From: Penicillus capitatus
Lineage: Eukaryota > Plantae > Chlorophyta
Reading direction: 5' to 3'
Assembly: GCA_965649825.1 (NCBI GenBank)
Contig: OZ287700.1
Coordinates: 930,001 to 994,000 of the forward strand
DNA length: 64,000 nt
A model generated the notes under the pieces. It was not told where the DNA came from, ran no database searches, and saw only the letters and a list, made by a program, of their open reading frames with translations. How positions within the stretch are numbered: position 1 is the stretch's first letter; each line of letters starts with the position of its first letter. A program made the position numbers and the translations under genes. Shown here one piece after another: positions 1-12,871 of this stretch.

Positions 1-1291
1 CCAGGTCATGGCCTGTCGGGCGGCGTTCTTCATGTTTGGACGACGCTTTGATGCTAACGTGGTGCGTTGATTGGCGTCGTGGAGCTGGAACGAACACAGA
101 GAAACGTGTCGTGTCTTTTGACAGTTGAACGCCGAGAACAAAAAGTGTGACGTCGAATACAGCGACGCAGTTGTGAAAATGATAGGCGTAAAGTCAGACC
201 GCCTACTGTTTGTCCCCTTTCATCTCTAATCGTTCGTTCTATGATGACCCGATAAACGATGATGAGGCAGCGAATCTAAGTGATTAAAATACTCGCTTTG
301 TTTGGAGATATCGAGTGCTCATCGTGATAAGTGACAGCCGATCTCTTCTCTGTCCATATAACGATCTCGATCACAAATGGCTACAGAATGAGGAAATACA
401 TTCATTGCTTAAGGCGCGTTTATGTAGACGGCCAGAGTAGTAGGTGCTTTTGGAGTGCAGCATAATCTTCGGCGGTGACAATGGTCATCGCGGGAGGCAC
501 CAATACGCGCTTTGCCAACAACGCCGATGAAGATCTTCAAAGCGCTGAGTGAGTCCTTTCACCAGCGATGCGGAGAAGTGCCAAGTGCGATTGGCGGCAT
601 CGAGGTAGCTTCTCTACTCTGTTCTGTCAGGAAGCATTCGTAATCTAGACAGCAACCAATGATAACCTTCTTGTATGATCCTGTTTCTCCGTAAGACCTT
701 CATCTTCTGGGTCCAAATCTACTGTAACCGTCATCCGCGTCTTCCTCTTCTCTTTGGATTAAACGTCGACGTGTCTAGGATTGTTTACGGACAGCGGAGT
801 GTAAGCGCGTCTTGCGCGAACGTCTATAAGAGGAAGCCTACAGGCGAATCCATCCTTCCTGGGTCATTCCCATTTTTTGTTGTCGCGATTGTCCCGTGTG
901 GCGCTTTCTTAATAGATATGATGTTGAGAACAGAGCCACAAGCAGAAAACACAGGAGCAGAAATAAACGAAACACTGCAGTCATGGTCTCGGTCGAAAAC
1001 AACATGAAGCTGCTTGTTCTGTATGACTCAGCTTTTCCTTGGAACTTCCGTAACCGTTGCAACAGATTAACAGAGGGCGTTATTCTGCGTGTCTTGAGGT
1101 TATTTCGTGTGTAATCCGTTTGTCGAAGAACTGACTAACGCTCTTTTGCGTGACGTCGTTTTACATTTACCGTTCACATTTTTACCAGAAAAACTGTCTG
1201 CGGTCGTCGACTCACGATGCATGGACCGCGCCGTCGAGACATAAAAAGACACAGAACTGCTGTGGCAACGAATAAAGGGACCGATACGATT

Positions 1292-4200
1292 ATGAACGAC
1301 AGTAAGACGAAAACACAATACGCATCTCAAAAAGCAAGGCTGTTTCACTGTTGTAGAATCGCTGAACGCAACGGACACAGAAACGGAATGGCAAGGAACG
1401 TACACAGTGAGCTAAAGGCTCTATGGAAAGTATACTCCAACGGGGTGCTTTCGTTCGCAGTGGCGCGTTGAGAACTTTTTGCGGTTCGGCCTGCGAGAAC
1501 ACTGCTCACCTGAATTCGATATCGGCACATACACATGGTACGGTCTGTCACTCGGTCACAGATGCTATAAAAGGATGAACTTAGGCGATTGCTTATCCTT
1601 CCAAGGGTCGGTGAAAGTGTGCGCTGGAGCGGCTTCCTGGCTGTCTACCTGGATTTCCCAGAAGCACGATTCACTCCATGCGGGCTCTGTCCTAATGCGC
1701 ATTTTGAAATATTGGCCGTCAATCAGAAACAAGAATCGAAGTCCATTAAACGCGGTTTGTAGTTTCTATCATTACGAGCTCTCAGTCTTCTGCGTCCAGA
1801 GGCGAGCCATGTGTTTGCAAGCAAGTTTACAGATTGTGGTTTTACTCAATTTCTGTCTCTGCGCGACAGGCAGAATCCATTAACCAATTTTGTGGTCAAC
1901 GACACGCTGATATTGATCGTCAACATTACAGTGCAGAAAGACATAATTTTGGACAGACTGACGCGCAGACAGACTGGATTTGTGGGTTTGGAAAGTGGGG
2001 GCGACAACAGCTGCATAAATTCACTCCTTCAGTATCTCTATCACGTTCACCACTTCAGAAGAGTGAGATGATGATGACGTGATCGATGCCAAGACAGAAA
2101 TGGTGAACGATGTAGGCGGTTTATCGCATGCCGACGCTGGAGACGAATGAGCCGGAGGGATCCGTTCCCCTGGCACTGCAGAAGCTCTTCTACAAGGTGA
2201 GTCGAGAAATGTGACGTCGCTGTGTGAAGCGTATGTTGCTGTTTTAGTTACAATACCAAAATTCGGTAGTTAGCACAAAGAAGTTAATAGATTCCTTCTT
2301 ATGGGAAAGGGAAAGTGCTCTATTACGGTGCGGCATCAAAGAAATGCAATTGATCTTGTTTCAGAAGCTGGAGGACAAGATGAAGGTCGCACTCGCTCCG
2401 TGCTCAGTGTATTGACATTCTTTTTTTCAGGGGACGGAAATGGAGACTGCCATCCCTGACCTCTTCGTCGGGCACTACTCAACTTATGTGGAGTGTCTAA
2501 ATGTTCCATACACCTCATCACGCAGACAGTCGTACATGGACATCGAGTTGGATGTGTTGGAATGCAGGAACGTCTATGAATCCCTGGAGAGATTCTGCGC
2601 AGAGGAGATGCTGGAAGGGCCATACAAATACAATACAGGCAAACACGGACTCCAGGTCAGATCTCACTCTTTGAATCGCCACGCATTGCTCGAATGAGCA
2701 AGACCTCTCCTGCTAGGATGCTCGATGCCATGTACGGTTTGAAAGCTTCCCTCCTGTTCTGCAGTTGCGTCTGAAGCGATTTGAATATGACGACCTCATT
2801 CGTGTTCGCGTTGCCAAAGTATGTGACACTTGGTTTTGTTTTCTGCGGCCGTGATGGATCTGTGGCTTTTCGCGCAGATCAATGCTCACTACGAGTTCTA
2901 CAACGAACTGAATCTGGACTGCAACGATCGCGCGTTGCTTTCCGAAACGACTGACAAGACAGTCGTCAACAAGTATAGACTGCACAGTGTGATCGTGCAC
3001 AATGGAGATGCAGACGAAGATAGTTTCTCCGTTTTCGTAAGATCGAACGATAAATGGTTTAGTTTCGACGATGGAGTCGTCAATGAAACGACCGAGAGCC
3101 AAGCGATCACCGCACAATTTGGTCAAGCCATGTTCCTACGTTAGAATTCGTATGTGATGTGACAGCACAGGCGACGAACACGATATTGTTGCGTGGTATT
3201 TTGACAGAAGCTACAAAGGTCCAACACAGTCCACTGCTTGCATGCTGGTGTACATTCGGACATCGGATTGGGATTGGGTCATGCGTGAGACTGACAAAGA
3301 GGACATCTCAGAACCCGTCTGCAGAATACTCGAAGTAAGAGACTGCTCGTGGTGCTGCTTACCTGATAAAATGACATACCGTCAGGCGGGGCAGGCGAGA
3401 AAAGAGAGGCGACGGGAACAGAAAAGAGAGGGACATTTGTACGTGGTGATCAAGGTGGCATGCGAAAAGCATTTCGTTGAACAGTTGGGACAGAACTGCT
3501 ACTTTGGTTTGGCGGATTTTGACAGCGTCCAGCAATACAGAGTGCACAAGAGGACACCGTTCGAAGATTTCAAAGAGATGATCAGCCGAGACTTTGGCAT
3601 TGCCAAACATCTCCAGCGCTTCTGGTCATGGACCCAACGTCAAGACGGGACCACGAGAATCGAAAAGTCTTTGGAGACTGGGTCCGGCGAGATCAAAACC
3701 GTCTTGGACCTCGCAGCCTTCAGAGAGAGGAATCTCCCACCAGCCTCCGAGAAGACTGCCTTGATGACTGTCAAGCTCTTCCTGGGAACGCCGGACGTCG
3801 GCAATCTGCCGCGACCCTTGCAGCAGACAGAATTTCTCATCTTCTTCAAGCAATATGAATCAAAATTTGACAAACTCTCGTACGTCGGACATCTCTTCGT
3901 TGAGAACTCGATGCAGATTCGAAAAATTTTGGACACGGCGAAGGAATTGGCAGGTCTTTCGCAGAATGCTGATATCGTCGGTGTCAAAGAAGAGAAGTTT
4001 TATCCCCGTGTCACTTGTACACATTTGCAGCCTGATTACACAGCATTACAGGTGAGGGCTCATCATGTTCTACTGGATCTTACCTTTCTACCACCGCCCA
4101 TCGCAGTGTCAACTTATCCAAGGTGACATTATCATTATCCAGGAACGCGTCACCATGGCAGAGACGATCGAGCAGTCCATTCCCCATCCGACCGTTGAGT

Positions 4201-5264
4201 TGTTTCTGGAGTTCGTTAGGAGCCGCAGAGTAGTGAGTTTCAGGCCGCTTGAGAATCCAAAGGTCATCTCCTCTATGTCTCACATGTCACATTATGTCAC
4301 AGTGTCTGCAGGACGGCGGCTTCGAGTTGGAACTGTTGGAGACGATGAGTTACGAGCAGGTGACGATTGAAGTGGCCAATCATCTGAAGGTGGAAGATCC
4401 CAAGAAGATTCGACTGACACAGCACAATCATCGTCGTCATTTGCCGCACAGAAATCCCATCAAATACAATGGACCCGAGCGTTTGGAATCCATGCTTCTG
4501 GACTCCAATGAGTACACAGACACCCTTTACTATGAGATCCTCGACATACAGCTTCCTACTCTGGAAAAGATGAAATGTCTTCCTGTCTTCTTCCACGACC
4601 AGAAATCTGAACTGCAGTCGGTGCATATGATTCGACTACCACAAGAGTTGACAGTAGGTGACCTTATCGATCAGCTGAAACAAGAGCTTGGCGATGATCA
4701 TGCCTATTCCGACATACGAGTCATGCGGATTCGACACTCCAGGATCGACAAAGTAACATCTCACATCAGTTTACACCGCATGGATCGTTCTGCGATCAGG
4801 TGTTGGACCACGAGACATCGCTGAAGTCGCTACGTGGGAATGACTGGACCGTTCGAGCAGAAGTTATACCGGAAGATCAACAGTACCCGAAATCGGACGA
4901 GTATATGGTGCATTGTTGTCACTGCGAATCTCACAGCGACGAGTCGTTCTTCGGAGATCCTCTGTGGATTCGTGCAAAGAAAGGAGAAAAGTTTAGAGAG
5001 ATCAAGAAACGCATTCAGGCAACACTGGAGATACCGGACGAGGAATTCAAGCAATGGAGGTTTGCATATCATCCGATTCATCCGCAGCCTCTGGAATACT
5101 TGAGGGGAGATGACGAAATAGTTGCTAAATTTCGCAGAAGTGTTTCTCGTGTATCGACGAATGAAAAGTACCTTGGAGACAATGAATCCTTCATTGCGTT
5201 GCAACATGCAAACACCAAACCAAATCCAAAACTATGGCGGCACATTTTCGGGAATAATTACTGA
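1292..5264 (+). CDS. USP7/UBP12-like MATH-USP-UBL protein, copy 1; multi-exon, frame apparently intact, predicted catalytically inactive
   Basis: Manual splicing at GT-AG sites gives MATH (WRVENF...WRLLILPR...AVYLDFPEA...DCGFTQF...FVVNDTLI), USP (GFVGLESGGDNSCINSLLQ; FPPVLQLRLKRFEYD; YRLHSVIVHNG; WFSFDD; MLVYIR) and C-terminal UBL-like region (FGDPLWIRAKKGE...EIKKRIQ). An in-frame upstream ATG at 1217 is also possible. Confidence 0.9.
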
Positions 5265-6019
5265 CTTGACATTAAGATTTTCTCGGATTAAAAGAGGCAA
5301 CATCATTGGAAACATGAAAATGGACGGATGAGAGATCTACACGCGGAACACTGTCGCGTTGTCGGTTGAAGACGAAGGCTTATAGCTTACAGAAGACTGT
5401 TGAATCATTAACAATCCGGATTATATACGCGTCAAACGTACGCAAACGTCACATCAAAGCGTCTCCGTCGTCAGCTGCACGAAGGTAACTTCATCCTCGC
5501 GATCCACGTAGAAACTCTCCTCTGCCACACTGGGCTACAGTTTCAATGATCAAACCTACTATAGTCTATCTTGTCGCTCGTCTGAATATCGAGCACCGAG
5601 GCATACTGTTTCAACAAAGCAGCGTTGACAACATTATCGCACCGGGCACCAGCCATTCATTGTCATAAGGCACAGAAACACATGCTTCAGGAGTATTTAG
5701 TGACTTCTCTGTTACCCGTTTTTCTCAAGTGGCTTTTCTTTCTGAAGCCATTCGGCATGATGCAAGTATTTGGTCCGTCCTCAACTTGGGAGCGTGTGCT
5801 GTACATCTCAGTTATAAAAATTCTCCTCCAAACTGAGGCACGTCTATATCATGCAGAAGGTTGACGGCAGAGTCGACTGCACGCATATAAAGAGACGGCC
5901 ATTGATCGCAATCGCCTCCCATTTTTGATTTCAACGCGCTCTACACTATGCCGGCGTTTTTAGAGAGATGACCATGTTCTCAAATGAAAGCACGAAACAA
6001 TTCTATAGAATATAACACA

Positions 6020-7879
6020 CTAAGATCCCTTTGAGATGAGACTCTCCGAGGTCTGGCTGATTTCTTTGTTCAACATCGACAACTCCTGTCTCCACTTTCG
6101 CATTTCTTCGTCTTCTTCCGAAGATGATCCTCCCTCCATGTCTTCGAAAAGTTCCTGTTGATCATCATCTTTCGGAGTCAAGAGCAAATGTGGTTTAAAG
6201 CTCCGATCACTAGAATCGCCGTTCACTTCCTCTCTCTTTGAATCGAGGACTGCCAAGCCTGAGGAATCCTTGCGATCATCATCATCGTATCCCAACTCAT
6301 GGTTCTTTTCGAAAGACGGCTGCGACGGTGGCCTAGATGCTTCCAACTCCAAACAGGCATTGTAAAAGTCCTCGGAACAAAGCTTTCTTGAGAGACAAGG
6401 ACTCTGTTCCCCCTCATCGTGAACAGATATCTCATCCTGCGTTCTCTCTGCATTCTTGTGACGTTGTCGATCGCGCATCATAACGAGGCGGGCCATCTTG
6501 GGAATTCCGGGAGCATTGATTTGCCACGAATCATCTCCGGAGATCGTGATCTTCGGCAGCGCTTCTCTCCACTTCCGTTTCTCAGCCTTTGTCAGCTGTG
6601 GAGCCTCTAAAAAAGACCCCCTTAGAGACAGCAGACACATAGCGATCTCGACTCGTTTGGGGAGGTTGCTTCTTGGAAGTGCTGCTCCCTTTTGTTGCTA
6701 GACCAGTGATGCCTTGATGCACTTGACGGTGTGTTTGTGAGGTCACATTCCTCAACCACTTGCCCACGTCTGCATTGAACGTCATCTACAGCACACCGTT
6801 TGATGCTCTCATCCGGGGCTGAAATGATCATATGCATTACCAGATTCTTTGCATCGAGACTCTGGCCCAATTCCGAGGCAATCCATCGCTGCTGAAGGGA
6901 TGAATAGTCATCGCACATTCGTTCAAGATGGTCCACTCTGCTCAAATCCTGCCTAACACTGTCTCCACCACTCATCTGCCAGACAAGGTCGTTTACCTGC
7001 TGCGAGGTTCTCAGATGAAAAGCGAGCTCTCTGAGTGCCGCCGTCTCCGATGCAGATGACTCCAGCGGCAACGATAGGAAGCCTGGCGGCCGTCTCAATG
7101 CATCCACGACAAAGGCATTCTCTCTCATCAAATTCTGAAAGATATAGAGGCCATCCCAGATGCCATGTCTCCGCATCTGAAGCAGCAACTGTTGTAACAG
7201 CGGCAGAAGATCTGCCGGAAGATGAATGCAGACGAGAGGCTCCAAGCATTGCTCCTTGTAGACACAATAGAGAGTATAGATCACAGCCACACGCTCTTCG
7301 AATGATATCAACTGCTGCAGATCGGATTTCGGAAAATCTGGCGCCTCTCGGAAGGCATCACAAAACCGATCCTTCTCCTCCATCTTATCACTTTCTTCCT
7401 TAACATTCCCGCAGGGCCTGTTCGGAGGCGTTTGGTCTGAGGGAAGGATTTCGGTGAAGAGGGATGATCGTTCGATCGGTCCTTGACGACGGAGTCGCGG
7501 TTTATGCATCTCTCCAAAATGATGTCCGCATTTTAACGGACTTGGCACTTCCAATCGGTCCAATGCGCACATAAAGACGTCTTGAATGTGCCCTGCTATC
7601 TCATCTTCTGACCCGGCACTCTGCATCCACCTCTCCTTTCACCAATCACGAATGCTGGTAGGCGGTAACACGCACCACAAGGAGAAAGGCTATACGCAGA
7701 GACTTCCATACACTCTTGAACGTCCCAAACGTTAACGGTGCTCCATTCTGAACCTGTTCAGAGAATTGCTATGCGTGTCTATCATGTATGTTCGTTCGCT
7801 GGAGGACCTTGTCGGCAAATGCATCGATGAGGCGGGTGATATCGACCTCCAGTCCCTTGAGCAGTTCTTTGCTCGTCAT
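6020..7879 (-). CDS. SNAPC1: snRNA-activating protein complex subunit 1 (SNAP43/SRD2-like), multi-exon
   Basis: Spliced N-terminus MTSKELLKGLEVDITRLIDAFADK...TFGTFKSVWKSL and core ERVAVIYTLYCVYKEQCLEPLVCIHLP...IFQNLMRENAFVV resemble the SNAPC1 N-terminal domain; acidic/coiled-coil tail. Confidence 0.75.
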
Positions 7880-7978
7880 TGTTTACGCAAAATGGAATGA
7901 ACGCACTGCGTTATGCTCATTGTCGCGTCGTGGCGTGGTGCAAATGATTGGGTATATTGCAAGGAGCGAAGGGCAGAG

Positions 7979-9296
7979 ATGGGTGTCTTTCTCCATCACG
8001 CCCGCACCACACCTCACAGCTTCGCGTCAGCTTCTTCCATTGCGATTTCCCTCCCACGCCGGCGGAAGACGAAGAGTCGGGTGTAGACGAAACGTAAGAG
8101 ACGAAGCAGAGGAGAGGGAAATGCGGAACACATTGTAGGCGCTGACGCTCTGTGCGTCGACGAACGACGATCCCGTTGCCACAGCGTCTCCTCCGACGAT
8201 CGCCACTGCAGAGCTCCCGACTGTCTTCGAACGTCTCGCCTCAGCTCTGATGTTTCTGCTGCCTCTGTCGGAGGGGGCCTTTCGGTATGAGACCATGTCC
8301 AGGCCTTTGCTGAGATGTGTGATTCTGTCAGCATGTCCCTCTCCTTTGTGCATTTCTGTAAACAACAGGCGTTGGAGTTCTTGTACTGGTGTCATCATCA
8401 ACACCGACAGATGTCTGTGGCACTGGCGGCGCGGACGATCACAGAGGTCAGCAAAGATGACGTGGTGCGTGCCCCGGTATGCGATGGAGGGGCGAGAATA
8501 AGGATGGAGCGTGTTAGGTTTCAATGCAGACGTTGATGCAGATGTCGGAGAATCTGCATCAATGGTTTAGTAATTGGTCTGTCCAGCTGACCAACTTCTC
8601 ACGCCCTCTACAGCAGTTTCGAGACACGGCACTGGGATCTGGATGGCTATCTGTCACGATCGGCACTCCGGAAGCCATCTGGCAGTTGGGTTGCCTGCTC
8701 TACATGTCTGTCTTGGCTGCACTAGCTGCCTTCAAGATTAACAGACTAGCCAATGGACAACAACCTTCCAACCGATTCACCCTCTTCTTCAGGTTTGATC
8801 TCGGAGAGCGTGGCTGCCTGACGTTTGCAGTGACAGGAAACCTCAAGTGGTGACGGTGAGCTACTTTTGTGCGCTCTTAATGCGGATGTCATGGGCACCG
8901 ATGGAAGGAATGAGTGACCTCTCTTTGGGTATGTACTGGATCCCAGCCACACTGTTGACCGTTATCACCACGGCCGTAGCTGCCGCACAGATGCATACGG
9001 TAAGCATTTACTCCGCACAGGAACTCCCCCTAGGAATTCTGTTCCCAGTTGCTGTTTGCACGTCTGCCAAAATTCGCACAGTTTCTCGAAAACATGGCCC
9101 GCGAAGTGACAATGGTGGCACAGTTGCATCGGACATTTCTTTTGGGAGATTGGCTACTTTGTCTCTTCAGTTCGGTCTCCTTCGACGGCAAATGTCTCCG
9201 TTCCGTTCTGCTGCTGATCTACTGGAGAACCGTCAGTGCCCTAGAAAGCTCTGCTCAATCTGCCAGGCAATCCAGCCCCACGTAGCACAGGACTGA
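7979..9296 (+). CDS. Unknown multi-exon protein with plastid transit-peptide-like N-terminus and hydrophobic segments
   Basis: Ser/Arg-rich start MGVFLHHARTTPHSFASASSIAISLPRRRK; about 50-nt GT-AG introns that join in frame; TM-like stretches (IWQLGCLLYMSVLAALAAF; YWIPATLLTVITTAVAAA). The 3' exon structure is uncertain. Confidence 0.5.
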
Positions 9297-9360
9297 GCTG
9301 TACATTAGCCAAATGCTTTCGTAAACTGCTCATCTTTTAAAGAACGGAACAGAAAGAATG

Positions 9361-10606
9361 TCAAATGTGTACGGATGTATTGGAATGTTGCTGGATAAAG
9401 CGTCGAATGAGAGGGTTGACGATCTCACTCTTTTCACACATGACGCAATGACCTCCATCTGGAATCTCAACAAATTCCTGGACAGACGGTAAAGAGGCAA
9501 AACGCCGTCCCTCTTCGACTTTCTCCCAGGGATCTTTGGATCCCCAAAGAATACTCACAGGCTTCGTGATCTCTGCGAGGAGTTCGTGGGGTAAGGGACC
9601 TCCCGAATAAGAAATGAAAGCGAGAAACACATCAACGGCACCCGGTTCCAGTCCTGGTCTAAGAATGAGATCCACCAGTTCATCTGTAACGGCCTCGGGA
9701 TCGTTGTACGCCTGTTTCAGGATTTTCCGAACTGTCTCCGGCTTGGCAACCTGACGAAAGAACAGCTCACCCACCACAGTGTCCCTAAGCAGTGTCTACG
9801 GACACCATCCATCTCCAGTCTGCAATTTCTGTTCGGTGGAGGAGACCCACTTGAAACGCTTTGATGAATGGACGCATGAAAGGGGATTGGTTTCGTACAT
9901 GGAGTTGTCGCATAGAGATGTTCAAGAGCTGCACAGCCTGGACCATCTCTGGATAGGCTACACCTGTTTGCAGACCGGCCACGCCTACCGAACGCATCGG
10001 CATGTTTCCAGCAGACGATAGCGAAGTGCATCACCTCCTATGGAATTGCACACCAAGAAAGAAGGCTCCTGAACGACCTCCTCTGCAAAGTCGGCAATTT
10101 GCTTAGCCCACGTGTCAAAAGAATAGATCGATGCATTCTCTTCCAGTCTTCACACATTATGAGCATTTCTGTGTGCAGCACGAGAGACGGACTTGGGATT
10201 TGGTTTGTCACTGTATCCAAAGCCAAGCAGATCCATTGAGTACGCCCTGCAGTCGTTGCCCAAGTATGGCATGTTCTTTCTCCAGTGATCACTACAGTCC
10301 ACAGCGCCGCCCCATCTGTTACGCTATGCTTAGGTGATTTGGGTCTGTGCGACCAGTTGCCGCCAAATCCGTGGATCAGTATCACAGGTGGGCCCGCATC
10401 TCCTGAGCTCTGGTACCGAATCTTGTGGCCGTTCCAGTTCCACGTCCTGCAGTCCGGGCCTGTCCTTTCAGTTGACGCGTCTGAAGTGTCCACCTGTCGA
10501 CGACGGGTACGGAAGAGTGACGTGCGACTGGACGTGTGTGCGAGGCACTGCACCGAGTCGCCGAGGCTCGGCGGCAACCGTGGAGCGACGCCTGCTTAAG
10601 GGACAT
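9361..10606 (-). CDS. Alpha/beta-fold hydrolase, probably plastid-targeted, multi-exon
   Basis: TWNWNGHKIRYQSSGDAGPPVILIHGFGGN and C-terminal ILWGSKDPWE...EIPDGGHC motifs. Start position is approximate. Confidence 0.85.
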
Positions 10607-10766
10607 GGACAGCGACGATGCGTCGATCTTCTGCTGATCCAACCGTTATGATGACGTAACCTGGTTTCTTCCTTAGGCGAGGAATCGTATAAGTGCAGGT
10701 TTCCGGTCCGAGGCAGAACGAACTTCTTTCGAAAAGGGAGACGTTTCCGACCAAAGCGCCTGTGTT

Positions 10767-12866
10767 ATGGCACATCTCGTCTGGAAGGATTTGACAGTGA
10801 GAGTCAAGACCAACGGCACTCAGAAAGGACCGAAACTGCTGCACTCTATCGATGGATGTGTTGGACCCAATGATCTCTTGGCACTCATGGGACCATCCGG
10901 CAGTGGAAAAGTAAGGACGTACGCCCGACCACACGAATTCGGTGCATGACCTGCTGCGCTTGTTAGACGACTTTGCTCGATGTCCTCGCCGGTCGTATTT
11001 CTAAAAATCTCTCCCGTACTGGATCGATCTTGCTCAATGGACATAAGAGCAATCTATCTTACGGCGTTGCTGCCTACGTCAAGCAAGAAGACGTGCACAT
11101 TGGAACACTGACCGTCAGAGAGACGTTGAGTTTTGTCGCCCGTTTTCGTCTGCCGTCTGTCATCAACGGCATCACACGTCAGCAACGCATCGAGGAAGTC
11201 ATTGCCGAACTTGGCCTCAAGGTATACCGACCTCTCGGATACACAACATAGGACACAGATCATGATGTGACAGGACGCTGCGGATGTGTTCGTCGGCAAC
11301 TGGTTTCTGAAAGGCATCAGTGGCGGACAGAAGCGTCGACTGTCGATCGGATGCGAACTCTTAACCTCTCCAACATTGCTCTTCCTCGATGAACCGACGT
11401 CCGGACTCGATGCGGCGAGCGCCTACTTTGTGATGAAAGGCATCCGATCACTGGCCGAAGGCGGCAGAACAGTGATCTCTGTCATTCACCAACCGTCGTC
11501 TGAGGTTTTTGAACTCTTCGATAAGCTCTGCCTTCTATCGAGCGGCAAAACAGGTCAGCGCATTCGTCACGTGCTCCTCTCTGGTCTTATACGGCTAAGT
11601 GTAGTGTACTTTGGCGATGCGATTCGTGCCATTGATATGTTTCAAGCGGCAGGTTTGCCTTGCCCCGATCACCGTAATCCGGCTGATCATTTTCTCCAGT
11701 GCACGAATCGAGACTTTGATTTGATCGATAACGACGTCTTCGATTCCGTGGATTCTCAGATTCAAGCGCTGACAGATGTGTACGAGAACTCCAAATACAG
11801 TCAGGACTTGCAAGAGCAGTGCAATCTCTTCTCTGTGGAGGGAGAGCGTTACCGTGGTCCATCCAAACGATCTCGTTATCTAGAACGACTTGGTGCACTC
11901 ACCTGGAGAACCTTTTTGGATTATATTCGCAATCTGGGAGTGTTTTGGATGCGCGTGGGTATGTATGTGCTCATCTCCATCTGCGTTGGCACCGTATACA
12001 ATGACATGGACAGAACCTGGATCGGGATTCAGTCCAGAGCAGCAACCCTGTTTTTTGTCACGGCCTTCCTCACATTTATGGCTATTGCTGCCTTTCCAGC
12101 TTACATCGAAGAACTTCAAGTGAGATGCAACGGAAGGATGGCGGCGTTCACCATCGTGATGTGTGCAGGTCTATTCAAAGGAGGTTCTGAATGGTTACTA
12201 TCCTACCTCTGCTTATGTTATGGCATCAACGGTTGCTTCATCGCCATTCCTATTTCTGATTTCCATTTCCAGCAGCGTCTGTGCATACTTCCTGGCTGGA
12301 TTGAACGACAGCGGAGAGGCCTTCGTCTACTTTGTCATAAATCTCTTCGTCGCTCTGCTGGTGAGCCATTGCTCTATGTGCAAAACATGAATCGGTAACA
12401 AAAGGGAAACGTGTTTTAGGTGACGGAAGGTCTCATGTTGACAATCGCTGTCATTGTTCCGCATTATCTGATGGGCATTGCAGGAGGCAGCGGCGCCATG
12501 GGCCTCTACATGCTCGTCGGCGGTTTTTTCCAAGCAAAGAACGAATTGCCAAATTTCGTATGGAAGTATCCCCTGCACTACATTTCTTTACAGACCTATG
12601 CGTTCACCGGATTGATCAATAACGAGTTCGGTGACACAGGGGACGTCTGGCAATGTCCTTGCATTCCAGGATCTTTAGGATCAAACTCCTCTTCGGCATG
12701 TTCCGATACCTGCACCGTAACTGGCGAAGATGTTATCCGATCTTTCTCGGTAGAGGTGAGAAATAAGTGGACGGATGTTGGCATCCTGGCTGGGATGTTC
12801 GTACTTTACAGAATTCTTTTTCTTATTTTGCTCAGCATCAAGGAGCGTAGACAGAAGTCGCGTTAG
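10767..12866 (+). CDS. ABCG (White/WBC) half-size ABC transporter, multi-exon
   Basis: Walker A GPSGSGK|T, signature ISGGQKRR, Walker B LFLDEPTSGLD, IHQP, followed by an ABC2 membrane domain. Confidence 0.95.
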
Positions 12867-12871
12867 ACATT

